64,000 nt of DNA, from contig JAUSES010000035.1 in assembly GCA_030649835.1 (NCBI GenBank), positions 19,590 through 83,589 of the forward strand, read 5' to 3'. The position numbers and the translations under genes are program-made. The notes under the pieces are model-generated. The model was not told the origin of the DNA. It searched no databases and saw nothing but the letters and a program-made list of their open reading frames with translations. Shown here piece after piece: positions 1-8,124 of the stretch. The stretch is from a bacterium (GTDB lineage Bacteria; Patescibacteriota; Minisyncoccia; Phycocordibacterales; UBA1550). The first letter of the stretch is position 1; each line of letters begins with the position of its first letter.

Positions 1-23
1 TTAATTTGCAATTGAAACAACGA

Positions 24-57
24 AGCCCGCGGGATCAACTGCGGGCTTCATTTTTTA
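24..57. terminator. Intrinsic terminator-like hairpin after the last pilin gene
   Basis: GAAGCCCGC...GCGGGCTTC inverted repeat with an adjacent T-run. Confidence 0.55.
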
Positions 58-80
58 TATTTTATCAGTGCTACAAAAAC

Positions 81-329
81 CTACTGCGTGAACCCAGCCG
101 TAAACGAGCTGATGAAATTGAGGATACCGTACACACCCACCATAATAGCGAGTCCAACAACCCCCCACACCATGTGTTGCTTGCCTTCACTTTGAGCGTC
201 CTCACTGCTTTGGTCTTTGACAAACTTCATTACGCCAAAAAGAAAATATGCTACCGCCACTGCCATGAGAAGCACGACAAATGGCTGCAAAATCGCATCA
301 ATTATTTTTTGCATAATGGGAAATTCCAT
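81..329 (-). CDS. TrbC/VirB2-like pilin (CPR pilin family), short form
   Basis: Two hydrophobic helices separated by a charged loop (KDQSSEDAQSEGKQHMVWGVVGLAIM), paralogous to its neighbours. Confidence 0.75.
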   Translation of the reverse strand: MEFPIMQKIIDAILQPFVVLLMAVAVAYFLFGVMKFVKDQSSEDAQSEGKQHMVWGVVGLAIMVGVYGILNFISSFTAGFTQ

Positions 330-365
330 ATTGGGGTAACTAAAACTAAATCGCTATGCCTAGAA

Positions 366-722
366 CTATATACTAAGTGATGGTGGCGCTATTGATGTAC
401 CACCAGTAAACCCAGCTGTCCCTGTGAGGAACCCTACGAGTCCCCAGACGGATGCCATCACTGCAATACCAATGATACCGTACACGATACCATTCAAGCC
501 TTCCTTACGCTTTTCCTCATCTCCTGCCGACATAACAAACTTGAATACGTTCCAAAGGAAAAATACCACTGCTGCTGCAAAAATCAAGCCTGTTGCAACA
601 TTAAGCAAGTCCTTTAGGAACACAACCAAGTTTGATGCAGAGGTTACCCCCCCTTGTAGCTGTGGCGCTGCAAAAGCGATAGACGGCAACAACATAAGAC
701 CAAATGTAATAACTTTTTTCAT
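366..722 (-). CDS. TrbC/VirB2-like pilin with signal peptide
   Basis: MKK-hydrophobic-AFA signal peptide, then VVFFLWNVFKFVMSAGDEEKRKEG...YGIIGIAVMASVWGLV pilin-like hairpin. Confidence 0.8.
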   Translation of the reverse strand: MKKVITFGLMLLPSIAFAAPQLQGGVTSASNLVVFLKDLLNVATGLIFAAAVVFFLWNVFKFVMSAGDEEKRKEGLNGIVYGIIGIAVMASVWGLVGFLTGTAGFTGGTSIAPPSLSI

Positions 723-974
723 GGTTAATTTTCTTAGCGAGCTACTGCGAGATTTAAAAAAATTACCACCCGGTTAAATGACTTTTTACTAAAAGTCCCT
801 GCTCTGCAGGATTTAACTGGGTAAGAATCTAATCTCTTTCCGCTCGTTACTTACTTTTTAATTTATTAATATATCTACGATTCTCATACAATATCGTATT
901 TCTTTAATTATACGAAAACTATATGTAAAGGGCAAGGGGTTTTATGGATCCCTGCCACACACTCTTGGATCTTC

Positions 975-1056
975 GTCTTTGCGAGTAGGTACCCCTACGA
1001 AGCAATCCAGAGCGTTAGTAATGAGCCTTGGATTGCTTCGCTATGCTCGCAAAGAC
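975..1056. repeat. CGTC-type REP-like palindromic element, copy 1 (82 bp)
   Basis: GTCTTTGCGAG..CGAAGCAATCC..GGATTGCTTCG..CTCGCAAAGAC; near-identical copy at 7990-8071. Confidence 0.85.
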
Positions 1057-1096
1057 AAATTATTGGGTGAGAAGGTACTATTTTAATTTCTAGTTT

Positions 1097-1606
1097 CTAT
1101 CGATTTGGTATTGCTGAACATGTACCAAGGCGCGCGCAATCAGGAATGGAGGAACAAGTAACCCCCGCACAAGCTGGTTTGCTTCCCGGAATTTGCACGG
1201 TGGCACCACCCGCCCCACCAAAAGTACCCGTTACAAAGCTGACCAACCCCCACATGGAGGCCATGACGGCAATACCTACTATCCCCCATATCGCTTGCTC
1301 CTTCATTTTTGCGCGCTCTTCGGCGTCTCCGCTTTTCTGAATAATCCTCAACATATTCCACAAGAAAAATACCACTGCTGAGGCAAAAATAATCACAATC
1401 GCGGGAGTGATGATTGTGCTAATGATATAGTCAACAAATCCCTTAAAATCCATTGCGTTTTGTGGTCCTACGAAGTAGGGGTCTTGTCTTTCGGTCACTA
1501 CGGTTCCGGGAGACATTGGCCCCACAAATGACGGCGACTGCCCATAAGCAAATGAAACAATCGGTGATAAAAGTAGAACAAAAAGTAGAACAGCTTTTTT
1601 TAGCAT
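1097..1606 (-). CDS. TrbC/VirB2-like pilin with Cys-rich C-terminal tail
   Basis: Signal peptide; VVFFLWNML..SGDAEERAK..WGIVGIAVMASMWGLV (close paralog of 366-722); tail with four Cys. Confidence 0.8.
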   Translation of the reverse strand: MLKKAVLLFVLLLSPIVSFAYGQSPSFVGPMSPGTVVTERQDPYFVGPQNAMDFKGFVDYIISTIITPAIVIIFASAVVFFLWNMLRIIQKSGDAEERAKMKEQAIWGIVGIAVMASMWGLVSFVTGTFGGAGGATVQIPGSKPACAGVTCSSIPDCARLGTCSAIPNR

Positions 1607-1611
1607 ATGGG

Positions 1612-2112
1612 TTAGTTGGTAATAGTAGATATTGTTGACCCTATTAACTGTGAAAAACCAAGGGCACCGAGCAAAATGAACGCACCTATGAGACTATACA
1701 TAATCGCCTTTTTTGCATTTCCGAGCTCCTCTACATTGCCCTGCGCTTTAATAAACAAAAATCCGGAAATCATAAAGGCGATAACCACAAACGGCATCAG
1801 CACTTTTACCACGGCGTTAATGACGGCTGATGCAAATTCATCGAACGTTTTCGCCTTGATGGGGTTTACTAGTGTGGTCTTTATCTCTGTTGCGGGCGCG
1901 TTGGTATTTGTACCACCACTAGGCGCATTAGTATTTGTACCACCTGAACCACAATATTTATTTGAATAAAATTGCTGATTCTCTGCACCAAGAGTATTCC
2001 AATTGGAAAGAATTTCTATTGGCATTCCTTCACACGCCGAAGTAGCTGCTAGTACAAACATTGTTGGAAAAAACATCATTCCAAGCACCACCGCTCCAAG
2101 TATTTTTTTCAT
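1612..2112 (-). CDS. TrbC/VirB2-like pilin; native start 2112, with an in-frame extension to 2178 inside an inserted element
   Basis: MKKILGAVV signal peptide; LVNPIKA..GFLFIKAQGNVEELGNAKKAIMYSLIG motif typical of CPR pilins. Confidence 0.8.
   Translation of the reverse strand: MKKILGAVVLGMMFFPTMFVLAATSACEGMPIEILSNWNTLGAENQQFYSNKYCGSGGTNTNAPSGGTNTNAPATEIKTTLVNPIKAKTFDEFASAVINAVVKVLMPFVVIAFMISGFLFIKAQGNVEELGNAKKAIMYSLIGAFILLGALGFSQLIGSTISTITN
1895..1944. repeat. 27-bp-period tandem duplication encoding GGTNTNAP x2
   Basis: ggcgcgttggtatttgtaccacc / ggcgcattagtatttgtaccacc. Confidence 0.8.
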
Positions 2113-2208
2113 CCGATTAGAGGCTTTTTGAAAAGTAGGTTCTGTGTAGTCAATTGTATCTTTTGTTTTATTTTTCATCTTATTATTACTCGTTTAGCCT
2201 CTAACGGG
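2113..2208. mobile_element. Start-codon-abutting inverted-repeat element, copy 1 (degenerate IR)
   Basis: ccgattagaggc (2113-2124) ... gcctctaacggg (2197-2208), directly adjoining the ATG at 2112. Confidence 0.65.
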
Positions 2209-2240
2209 ACTAGTATCGATATTATATCTACTTTTAATAA

Positions 2241-2669
2241 TTATTGAAACAGAAACTGCATGAATGTCCGTTGGTCGTCGGACAAAAGCGCAAAAAGCCC
2301 TGTTTTTATAAGGACATACGCGCCGAGCATGATAAAGAAACCAATAGCGATATTTGAGAACGCCTCTTTGGCTTTCGTCCACTCGCCTTCTTTGTCTTGA
2401 TTAATAACCAAACGTGCACCCACAAACATAAAACCAATGGCGGTGAGCGGGACGGCTACCTTGTAGATGAGAAACTTAATGATGTTGTTGGCAAGCTGAA
2501 TGAGGTCGTTAAAATTGCACTCCTCATTGTTTCCAGAAATAATCTTGTCGCCATTAAGATCCTCCCCGCACGGAATCCCAACCTGCGCCACAGCAATAAA
2601 CGGCACTGCAAAAACGACGACTGACAGGATGGTCGCAAGTGTTTTTTGGTTTGTTCTTGTGTATTTCAT
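2241..2669 (-). CDS. TrbC/VirB2-like pilin with Cys-flanked N-terminal loop (start uncertain, 2669-2720)
   Basis: IPCG...ECNFNDLIQLANNII...GARLVINQDKEGEWTKAKEAFSNIAIGFFIML. Confidence 0.75.
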   Translation of the reverse strand: MKYTRTNQKTLATILSVVVFAVPFIAVAQVGIPCGEDLNGDKIISGNNEECNFNDLIQLANNIIKFLIYKVAVPLTAIGFMFVGARLVINQDKEGEWTKAKEAFSNIAIGFFIMLGAYVLIKTGLFALLSDDQRTFMQFLFQ

Positions 2670-2720
2670 ATTTCGCATTGAATTAGTTTTTCCTTTTTCC
2701 CCATTCCGCATTCCATTCAA

Positions 2721-4043
2721 TCATTGTGGCTGATACTGCTCTAAAAGCCGTGCAAGGCTACTTTGTGCAGTCAAAACTGCGGACGATGGCTTTACCCGCT
2801 CTGAGGTAATGCTGTCAATCATCGTCATAAAAATATTGCTCGTATCCTCAGGAGACGGGTCCTGCCAAGCACGCGCTATCAATGCTGCGTTATAAAACAC
2901 CGAGGCTACTGCATCAGTCTGCTTAATAGAAACAAGGTCTCGACGCACTGGCGGAAGGCCCGTTATTGATCCAAAACCATCGATGCTATCTTTTTGCGAA
3001 AGAAGCGATACTGCATACAGCGCACCTGTTTTATTCTCGCTTCTATCTGCAATAGCCAGACCGTACATGCGACCAAATGTTATTTTTTTAGATACCGGCG
3101 ATATTTGTGGTATGAGTGAAACATCAAAATTAAGATGCGGATTCTTCAGTTTTATTGAAGAGTATTCGCTCGAAAACCCGAAATAAATCGCGAGGTCCCC
3201 CCGTTCAAACATGATGCGTGAAGGTGAAAGGGAGCGGTTCCATGAATATGAATCCTTGTAGTCTTTTGAGAACTCGGTAAAGAAACGCATGGTCGTAACG
3301 GCGGGGTTTTCTGTATTGGACGGTGCTTCTACAAAGATACCCGCCTTTATTGCGCCATTTGTATTTTGCACAATAGGCACTCCCGCCTGCAAGAGGAGCG
3401 TTGCAATGATTTCTTTTGCATTGGTAACATTTCTATATTCACCAAAAGAAACGAGGCTTCGTGTTATGTTGTTTTTCCCATCACGAATGGTAATTTTTGG
3501 CACAAGATTATAAAATTCTGACCATGTTTTTGGAGGGGCTGTCTCGAGTGCATCGGTAAAAATATCTCGGTTCCAATACATTATGATTGGGTCTATGGTA
3601 AAAGGGAGCGCGGAAATACCACTTGGCCACAAAAACATTTCTCCTTCTTCTATAAATGTACTTTTGAAATCACGCTCGGGAATTGATTCATATGAAATAA
3701 AACTAAGTTTATTTATATTTTTCAATATCTCATCTTGTGAAAGCATTATAATGTCGGGCCCCTGCCCCACGGCGAGTGCCTCTACAAAGTCTCTGCGAAG
3801 TGACGCGGGGTTTTTCTCTACATACTTGATAGTAATGCTTTTATCAGCACTCGTAATAGCGGTAATGAGCCCCTGCATTGGAATAGCAGGAAGATTACCC
3901 CACATGGTCACCACTCCGTAATTTATTTTTTTATCGCCTCCGGGAAGGGGAAGCTTTCCTGAAAAACCCAAAAATCCTAAAAGCAAAAACGCGACAAACA
4001 CTACCATGATCACTATTTGAAAAATTTTGGGTCCTTGAGTCAT
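2721..4043 (-). CDS. Membrane-anchored extracellular solute-binding protein (family 1, sugar-binding-like)
   Basis: N-terminal TM; ALAVGQGPDII, LPFTIDPIIMYWNRDIF, PPKTWSEF motifs. Confidence 0.85.
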   Translation of the reverse strand: MTQGPKIFQIVIMVVFVAFLLLGFLGFSGKLPLPGGDKKINYGVVTMWGNLPAIPMQGLITAITSADKSITIKYVEKNPASLRRDFVEALAVGQGPDIIMLSQDEILKNINKLSFISYESIPERDFKSTFIEEGEMFLWPSGISALPFTIDPIIMYWNRDIFTDALETAPPKTWSEFYNLVPKITIRDGKNNITRSLVSFGEYRNVTNAKEIIATLLLQAGVPIVQNTNGAIKAGIFVEAPSNTENPAVTTMRFFTEFSKDYKDSYSWNRSLSPSRIMFERGDLAIYFGFSSEYSSIKLKNPHLNFDVSLIPQISPVSKKITFGRMYGLAIADRSENKTGALYAVSLLSQKDSIDGFGSITGLPPVRRDLVSIKQTDAVASVFYNAALIARAWQDPSPEDTSNIFMTMIDSITSERVKPSSAVLTAQSSLARLLEQYQPQ

Positions 4044-4056
4044 AGGTATGATTATA

Positions 4057-4596
4057 TCATGACTTAAACATTACAAAACCATAGTGATGTGCGCCCGCGG
4101 GGACTTCATCCTTGATGACAAAACCTTCTGCCTCACAGAGTGCACGGGCAGAATCCTTGGTGACAACCATTTTTGGTGATGGACCGAGATTGTTGAAGGA
4201 GTCACTCCAGTCGATAAGCAGGAGCTTCCCTCCTATTTTCAAAATACGCTTTGCCTCACGGAGAAGCCCCTGCTTGTCCTCGGCTTGAAAGAGTACGTTT
4301 GAAACCACGACCGCATCACACACACCATCTTTTATTTTTGTACCGCCGAGGCGCTCTATGTCACCCCACAAAAGCTCTACATTTTTGAGCCCGCGGTTCG
4401 TTGCCTCATTTTTAATGTTAGTAAGAAAATCCTTCTGCACTTCCACGGCGTACACACGCCCTGTCTCCCCGACTTTTTCTGCAAGAGGGAGCGTGTATGC
4501 GCCTATCCCAGCGCCAAGGTCGGCAATAACCATACCCTCGTGAATACCAAGCGCTTTGATGTTTACTTCGGGATTAGTGAATGTGGGGAGGTCCAT
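4057..4596 (-). CDS. Class I SAM-dependent methyltransferase (UbiE-like)
   Basis: IADLGAGIG motif I; RILKIGGKLLLIDW; likely start MDLP at 4596. Confidence 0.85.
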   Translation of the reverse strand: MDLPTFTNPEVNIKALGIHEGMVIADLGAGIGAYTLPLAEKVGETGRVYAVEVQKDFLTNIKNEATNRGLKNVELLWGDIERLGGTKIKDGVCDAVVVSNVLFQAEDKQGLLREAKRILKIGGKLLLIDWSDSFNNLGPSPKMVVTKDSARALCEAEGFVIKDEVPAGAHHYGFVMFKS

Positions 4597-4643
4597 AAAG
4601 ATGCTTATATTATACCTTGTACGAGATAAGCGTGCAAACAAAA

Positions 4644-4666
4644 GGGGCCCCGAAACTTGGGGCCCC
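4644..4666. terminator. Hairpin terminator
   Basis: GGGGCCCC-gaaactt-GGGGCCCC flanked by A-runs. Confidence 0.55.
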
Positions 4667-4682
4667 AAAATATTTGAGTCAA

Positions 4683-5460
4683 CTACGATGCTACCTTTTC
4701 TTTAAGAGGGCAGGATTCGAGCGCCTTGTTTACTAGTGTGTAGTCCGGATGTACTGGATTTATTTCCGTAACGCCCGGAACCACAACACCAAATAATTTA
4801 CAGAACTCTCGCCACATGTCCTCGTTCACAAAGAACATAAAGCCGTTATCTAATTCGAGCCACCCCTGTGGAATACGTGACTGCCACTTACCATCATCGC
4901 CATCCTTACTCACCCATTGTAGAGATGTAAAAAGTGTACGACTTAGATATGTGTACTCCTTCAGGAAATCCTCCTCCCCGAGTGCCAGCGTACAAATAAC
5001 ATCCTCCACATGTTGCCGGATATGGCGTGGGGCAAGGACAAAAACGGTCCCCCCCCAGCTTGTGATCCTTCCGAATCATTTCACGAGCGCTGGATTCATA
5101 TTCCTGAAACTTTCCTGATAATGAAAAATTGGGATTCCCTGAAACTGTCAGAGGATACGCTTCAAGATTCATGAAGCCATCATTCAACTTTTGAATAGCT
5201 TCTGGTAGTGCTCCCATCTCAAATTCAGAAGCGCCCATAGCATCAAACGAACAAATCGCGGAAATGATTTCCCATGCTTTTTCCGAGAGTCCTCCGTGCT
5301 TCAAGCCCCCACCAAAAGCGGGAAGGCTTTCTTTCTGTGGCAATTTAAGCCGCTGAATCAGGCGCGTCCCTTCACATCCATGGATGTAATCTGGGTTTGT
5401 GACATATTTGCCATCCACATAAATCGTACTACTGTGACAATTTTTCATTCTTTTCTCCAC
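4683..5460 (-). pseudogene. Hypothetical protein split by a frameshift in a G8 tract (ORFs 4906-5460 and 4683-5009)
   Basis: Removing one G from the C8 at 5049-5056 joins ...KDHKLGG to TVFVLAPRHIRQHVEDVIC...GWLELDNGFMFF. Confidence 0.65.
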
Positions 5461-5550
5461 TGAGTTGAAAGGGACAGCCTTTACTTAGGTCAACGTACAA
5501 ACAACCTGAATTCAGACTAACATAAATCATTAGTACTGTCAAAAAAAGAG

Positions 5551-5575
5551 CCCCGGACTTTTTAAAAGTCCGGGG
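5551..5575. terminator. Hairpin terminator after the gyrA fragment
   Basis: CCCCGGACTTTT-T-AAAAGTCCGGGG with A-run on the left (U-run on the minus strand). Confidence 0.65.
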
Positions 5576-5592
5576 ATCTTTTGTTAAGGACA

Positions 5593-5899
5593 CTAGAGAC
5601 AGCTCAGTGATGCAATACTATCCCCTTCTCGTAGCTTCATGATACGTACTCCCTGGGTGTCGCGGCCAAGGGTTGGTACATCTTGCATGGTAATGCGGAT
5701 CACCTGACTCATTTTTGAAATAGCTACAATCTCTTTAAATACTGGCGTGACCACCTTCTGCAACCATGAGCTGACCAATTTTAGTTGTCACCTTTGCGGT
5801 ATTAATACCCGAGTCTCCGCGCTTCTGCACTTTATATTCCTTGATGACGGTTTTCTTGCCGTAGCCGTTTTCACTCATGACCAAAAAGCTCTGGTTTTT
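5593..5899 (-). pseudogene. gyrA: DNA gyrase subunit A C-terminal fragment, frameshifted
   Basis: FLVMSENGYGKKT..EYKVQKRGDSGINTAKVT..GQLMVA /frameshift/ ..QVIRITMQDVPTLGRDTQGVRIMKLREGD are GyrA CTD blades; no upstream gene body. Confidence 0.85.
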
Positions 5900-5955
5900 C
5901 TCTTATAGTTTCTTCTTTTTTAACAAAATCTAGTGGTCCCCCCATTGCAGAAAAC

Positions 5956-5991
5956 AAAAATCCCCCAACTAAAATAGTCGGTGGGATTTTT
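5956..5991 (-). terminator. Terminator of the microprotein gene
   Basis: AAAAATCCC..GGGATTTTT inverted repeat. Confidence 0.6.
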
Positions 5992-6006
5992 GTGAGAGAA
6001 AGTAAG

Positions 6007-6078
6007 TTACTTTCTTTTTGCAGTCTTCTTCTTTGCTGCCTTCTTTGCTACTTTCTTAGCCTTTTTCTTTGCTGCCAT
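6007..6078 (-). CDS. 23-aa Lys/Ala-rich histone-H1-tail-like microprotein MAAKKKAKKVAKKAAKKKTAKRK
   Basis: Hand translation; ATG to TAA, followed by a terminator; below the ORF-track cutoff. Confidence 0.7.
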   Translation of the reverse strand: MAAKKKAKKVAKKAAKKKTAKRK

Positions 6079-6405
6079 GTTTTTATGTGCTGTCTTAAGA
6101 TACATGAATGCATCTTAAAACGTGTATGCAAATTATTTACGACAATCTTCGACCGAGTGAGAATAATTAATTTATATTCACTCATTGTGTGATCGTCGGA
6201 TCATCTGTGTATGAAAATATTTTTCATACACGAGGTACTGATCTACTATTATTATCGCGCACATAAAAATCAAATACAATGCATTTTGAAATTAAACTGT
6301 GGATAACTCATGCGTGTAATTTTTTGAAAAAAATTACACGCTAGTCGAAAGTCACAAGTCACAAGTAAAAAATAAATACAATGCGCACCAACTTTCTACT
6401 TTGTA

Positions 6406-7410
6406 CTAAAGTAAGACCACTTCTTCTTCAAGCGTCACTCCTGTTTTTTCTTTTATACTTTTTTTCATTTCACTTGCGAGCAAAATAATTTCGTCTGCAT
6501 TTGCACTGCCATAATTTACTAAAATGAGCGCTTGTTTTTCATGCACGCCCACATCTCCTGTTCGTACGCCCTTCCACCTGCCCACGTGGTCTAGAAGCCA
6601 AGCTCCAGATAGCTTAACGGTTCCATCGCCTTGTATATAAGCCTTCATTTCAGGAAATGCTTTTTTTATCTTCTCGTATTGCTCGCTTGAAACAACGGGG
6701 TTTTTAAAAAAAGAGCCTGCGGTTCCGAGTGGTGGTTGGGGGAGCTTTGCGGTGCGTATAGCAATAATGATATCGCGCATCATAGAAAGTGTTGGTGCAG
6801 AAATATTTTGCTCTGCCAAATATTTCTTCACATCTTCGTAGTCCGTGCGTGGTGTACTATCTTCTTTAAGATCAAGTGTGGTGCGGAGCACAATAAGATT
6901 TTTGTTTTTTTTAAAAATACTTTCGCGATAACCAAACTCACATTTGCTATTCAGAAAAGTTTTTATCGCCATTGTCTTTGTATCAAGTGCCTCTACAGAA
7001 AAAATAGTTTCGCGAGCCTCCATGCCGTACGCGCCAACATTTTGCACTACTGCACCTCCCACCGAGCCGGGAATGAGTGAAAGATTTTCAATCCCCCACA
7101 TGTTGTGTGCAACAACATCGCGCACTACTTCGTCCCACACCTCTCCTGCACCAACTACAATTTTTGTCCCGCTGTAATCAACTCCCTTTATTTCAATTTT
7201 CATTACGAGTCCCGGGAACCCAGTCCCTGAGACAAGGGTGTTTGATCCGCCCCCTAAAACAAAGATGGGGAGCTTTTTTTCGCGAGCAAAAAACACTGCT
7301 TCTTTCAGTTCATTCGCGCTCGCCACACGTACAAAAAAACGCGCATTGCCTCCCACCCGCATGGTGGTAAATTGCGCGAGATTTACATTTTCCTCTATAT
7401 GAATATTCAT
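6406..7410 (-). CDS. murB: UDP-N-acetylenolpyruvoylglucosamine reductase
   Basis: LGGGSN, IPGSVGGAVVQNVGAYG, FGYRESIFK, AGSFFKNP, HEKQALILVN motifs. Confidence 0.95.
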   Translation of the reverse strand: MNIHIEENVNLAQFTTMRVGGNARFFVRVASANELKEAVFFAREKKLPIFVLGGGSNTLVSGTGFPGLVMKIEIKGVDYSGTKIVVGAGEVWDEVVRDVVAHNMWGIENLSLIPGSVGGAVVQNVGAYGMEARETIFSVEALDTKTMAIKTFLNSKCEFGYRESIFKKNKNLIVLRTTLDLKEDSTPRTDYEDVKKYLAEQNISAPTLSMMRDIIIAIRTAKLPQPPLGTAGSFFKNPVVSSEQYEKIKKAFPEMKAYIQGDGTVKLSGAWLLDHVGRWKGVRTGDVGVHEKQALILVNYGSANADEIILLASEMKKSIKEKTGVTLEEEVVLL

Positions 7411-7431
7411 CAGAAAGGGTTCAAAAATATG

Positions 7432-7516
7432 CTCCTATCCTCTTTTGGCCAGCGGGTGCGAACTCCAACAAATGTCTAATATGTGAGTGCAGCCGCTAGC
7501 CAAAAGAGGATAGGAG
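7432..7516. repeat. Long hairpin upstream of murB (18-bp perfect outer stem)
   Basis: CTCCTATCCTCTTTTGGC / GCCAAAAGAGGATAGGAG, plus inner stems AGCGG/CCGCT and ACTC/GAGT. Confidence 0.8.
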
Positions 7517-7579
7517 GATAAGGATAGTATAGGGGATTCCAAGCAAAAACACCATCTCATAACATTTGTGCAGGTACGC

Positions 7580-7657
7580 AAAACCCCACGTTCGTGGGGG
7601 TTTACGCAGACATTCGTTTGTTGAATCGCACAGGAGTTGCCTCCAGCGCACTCACAT
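7580..7657 (-). ncRNA. Candidate small RNA (~78 nt)
   Basis: TTGACT-N17-TAGGAT promoter (7692-7664), GGAG-GCAA-CUCC GNRA hairpin, CCCCACG/CGUGGGG-UUUU terminator, no ORF beyond ATG-TGA. Confidence 0.55.
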
Positions 7658-7700
7658 ACGTGTATCCTAGCAGATTGCGTTCAAAAAGTCAAGCTTTTTT

Positions 7701-7927
7701 GGTTCTTCGACAATTAGTGTGGTGGATAACTAACAAGGACGGCTCTGTTAAGCTGTAAAAGGGTCAAGACCAACTCAAATCATCGCTAGACACCCCGCAG
7801 ATCATACAAGGCTTCCTTCTTATAAGAAATTTGTCAAAATATACTTTAAAAACAACGATTTTTAAATTTTAAGTAAATTAGCCATTAAAAGCTGAGTTAA
7901 ATCTTCCACACTAATTGTTGTAGAACC
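7701..7927. mobile_element. MITE / internally deleted IS remnant
   Basis: 27-bp imperfect TIRs (GGTTCTtCgACAATTAGTGTGG, 23/27 matches) and 8-bp direct repeat GCTTTTTT at 7693-7700 and 7928-7935. Confidence 0.75.
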
Positions 7928-7989
7928 GCTTTTTTTCGAGTAACCCCCCACACCTCAATTTATAACCATGCAATTACATCCTTTTAATC

Positions 7990-8071
7990 GTCTTTGCGAG
8001 TAGGTACTCCTACGAAGCAATCCAGAGAGTTGGTAATTAACCCTGGGTTGCTTCGCTTTGCTCGCAAAGAC
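7990..8071. repeat. CGTC-type REP-like palindromic element, copy 2
   Basis: Same length as and near-identical to 975-1056; CGTC...GACG termini. Confidence 0.85.
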
Positions 8072-8124
8072 GGAGTTTAGAATCGCATAGTGTGTGAGGG
8101 GTCAAGCTTTTTTCGAAGGGAAAA

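Noticed and set aside
5992-6192. Cys/Leu-rich 66-aa plus-strand ORF
   Set aside because: It is the antisense of the Lys/Ala microprotein codons.
6298-6306. Perfect DnaA box TGTGGATAA suggesting oriC
   Set aside because: Only one perfect box (a partial one near 7721 lies in a MITE end), with no box cluster and no dnaA/dnaN nearby.
7432-7657. Assignment of the structured RNAs to tRNA, SRP, 6S, hatchet/twister ribozymes or known riboswitches
   Set aside because: Conserved cores of those families could not be matched by eye, so the RNAs are left unassigned.
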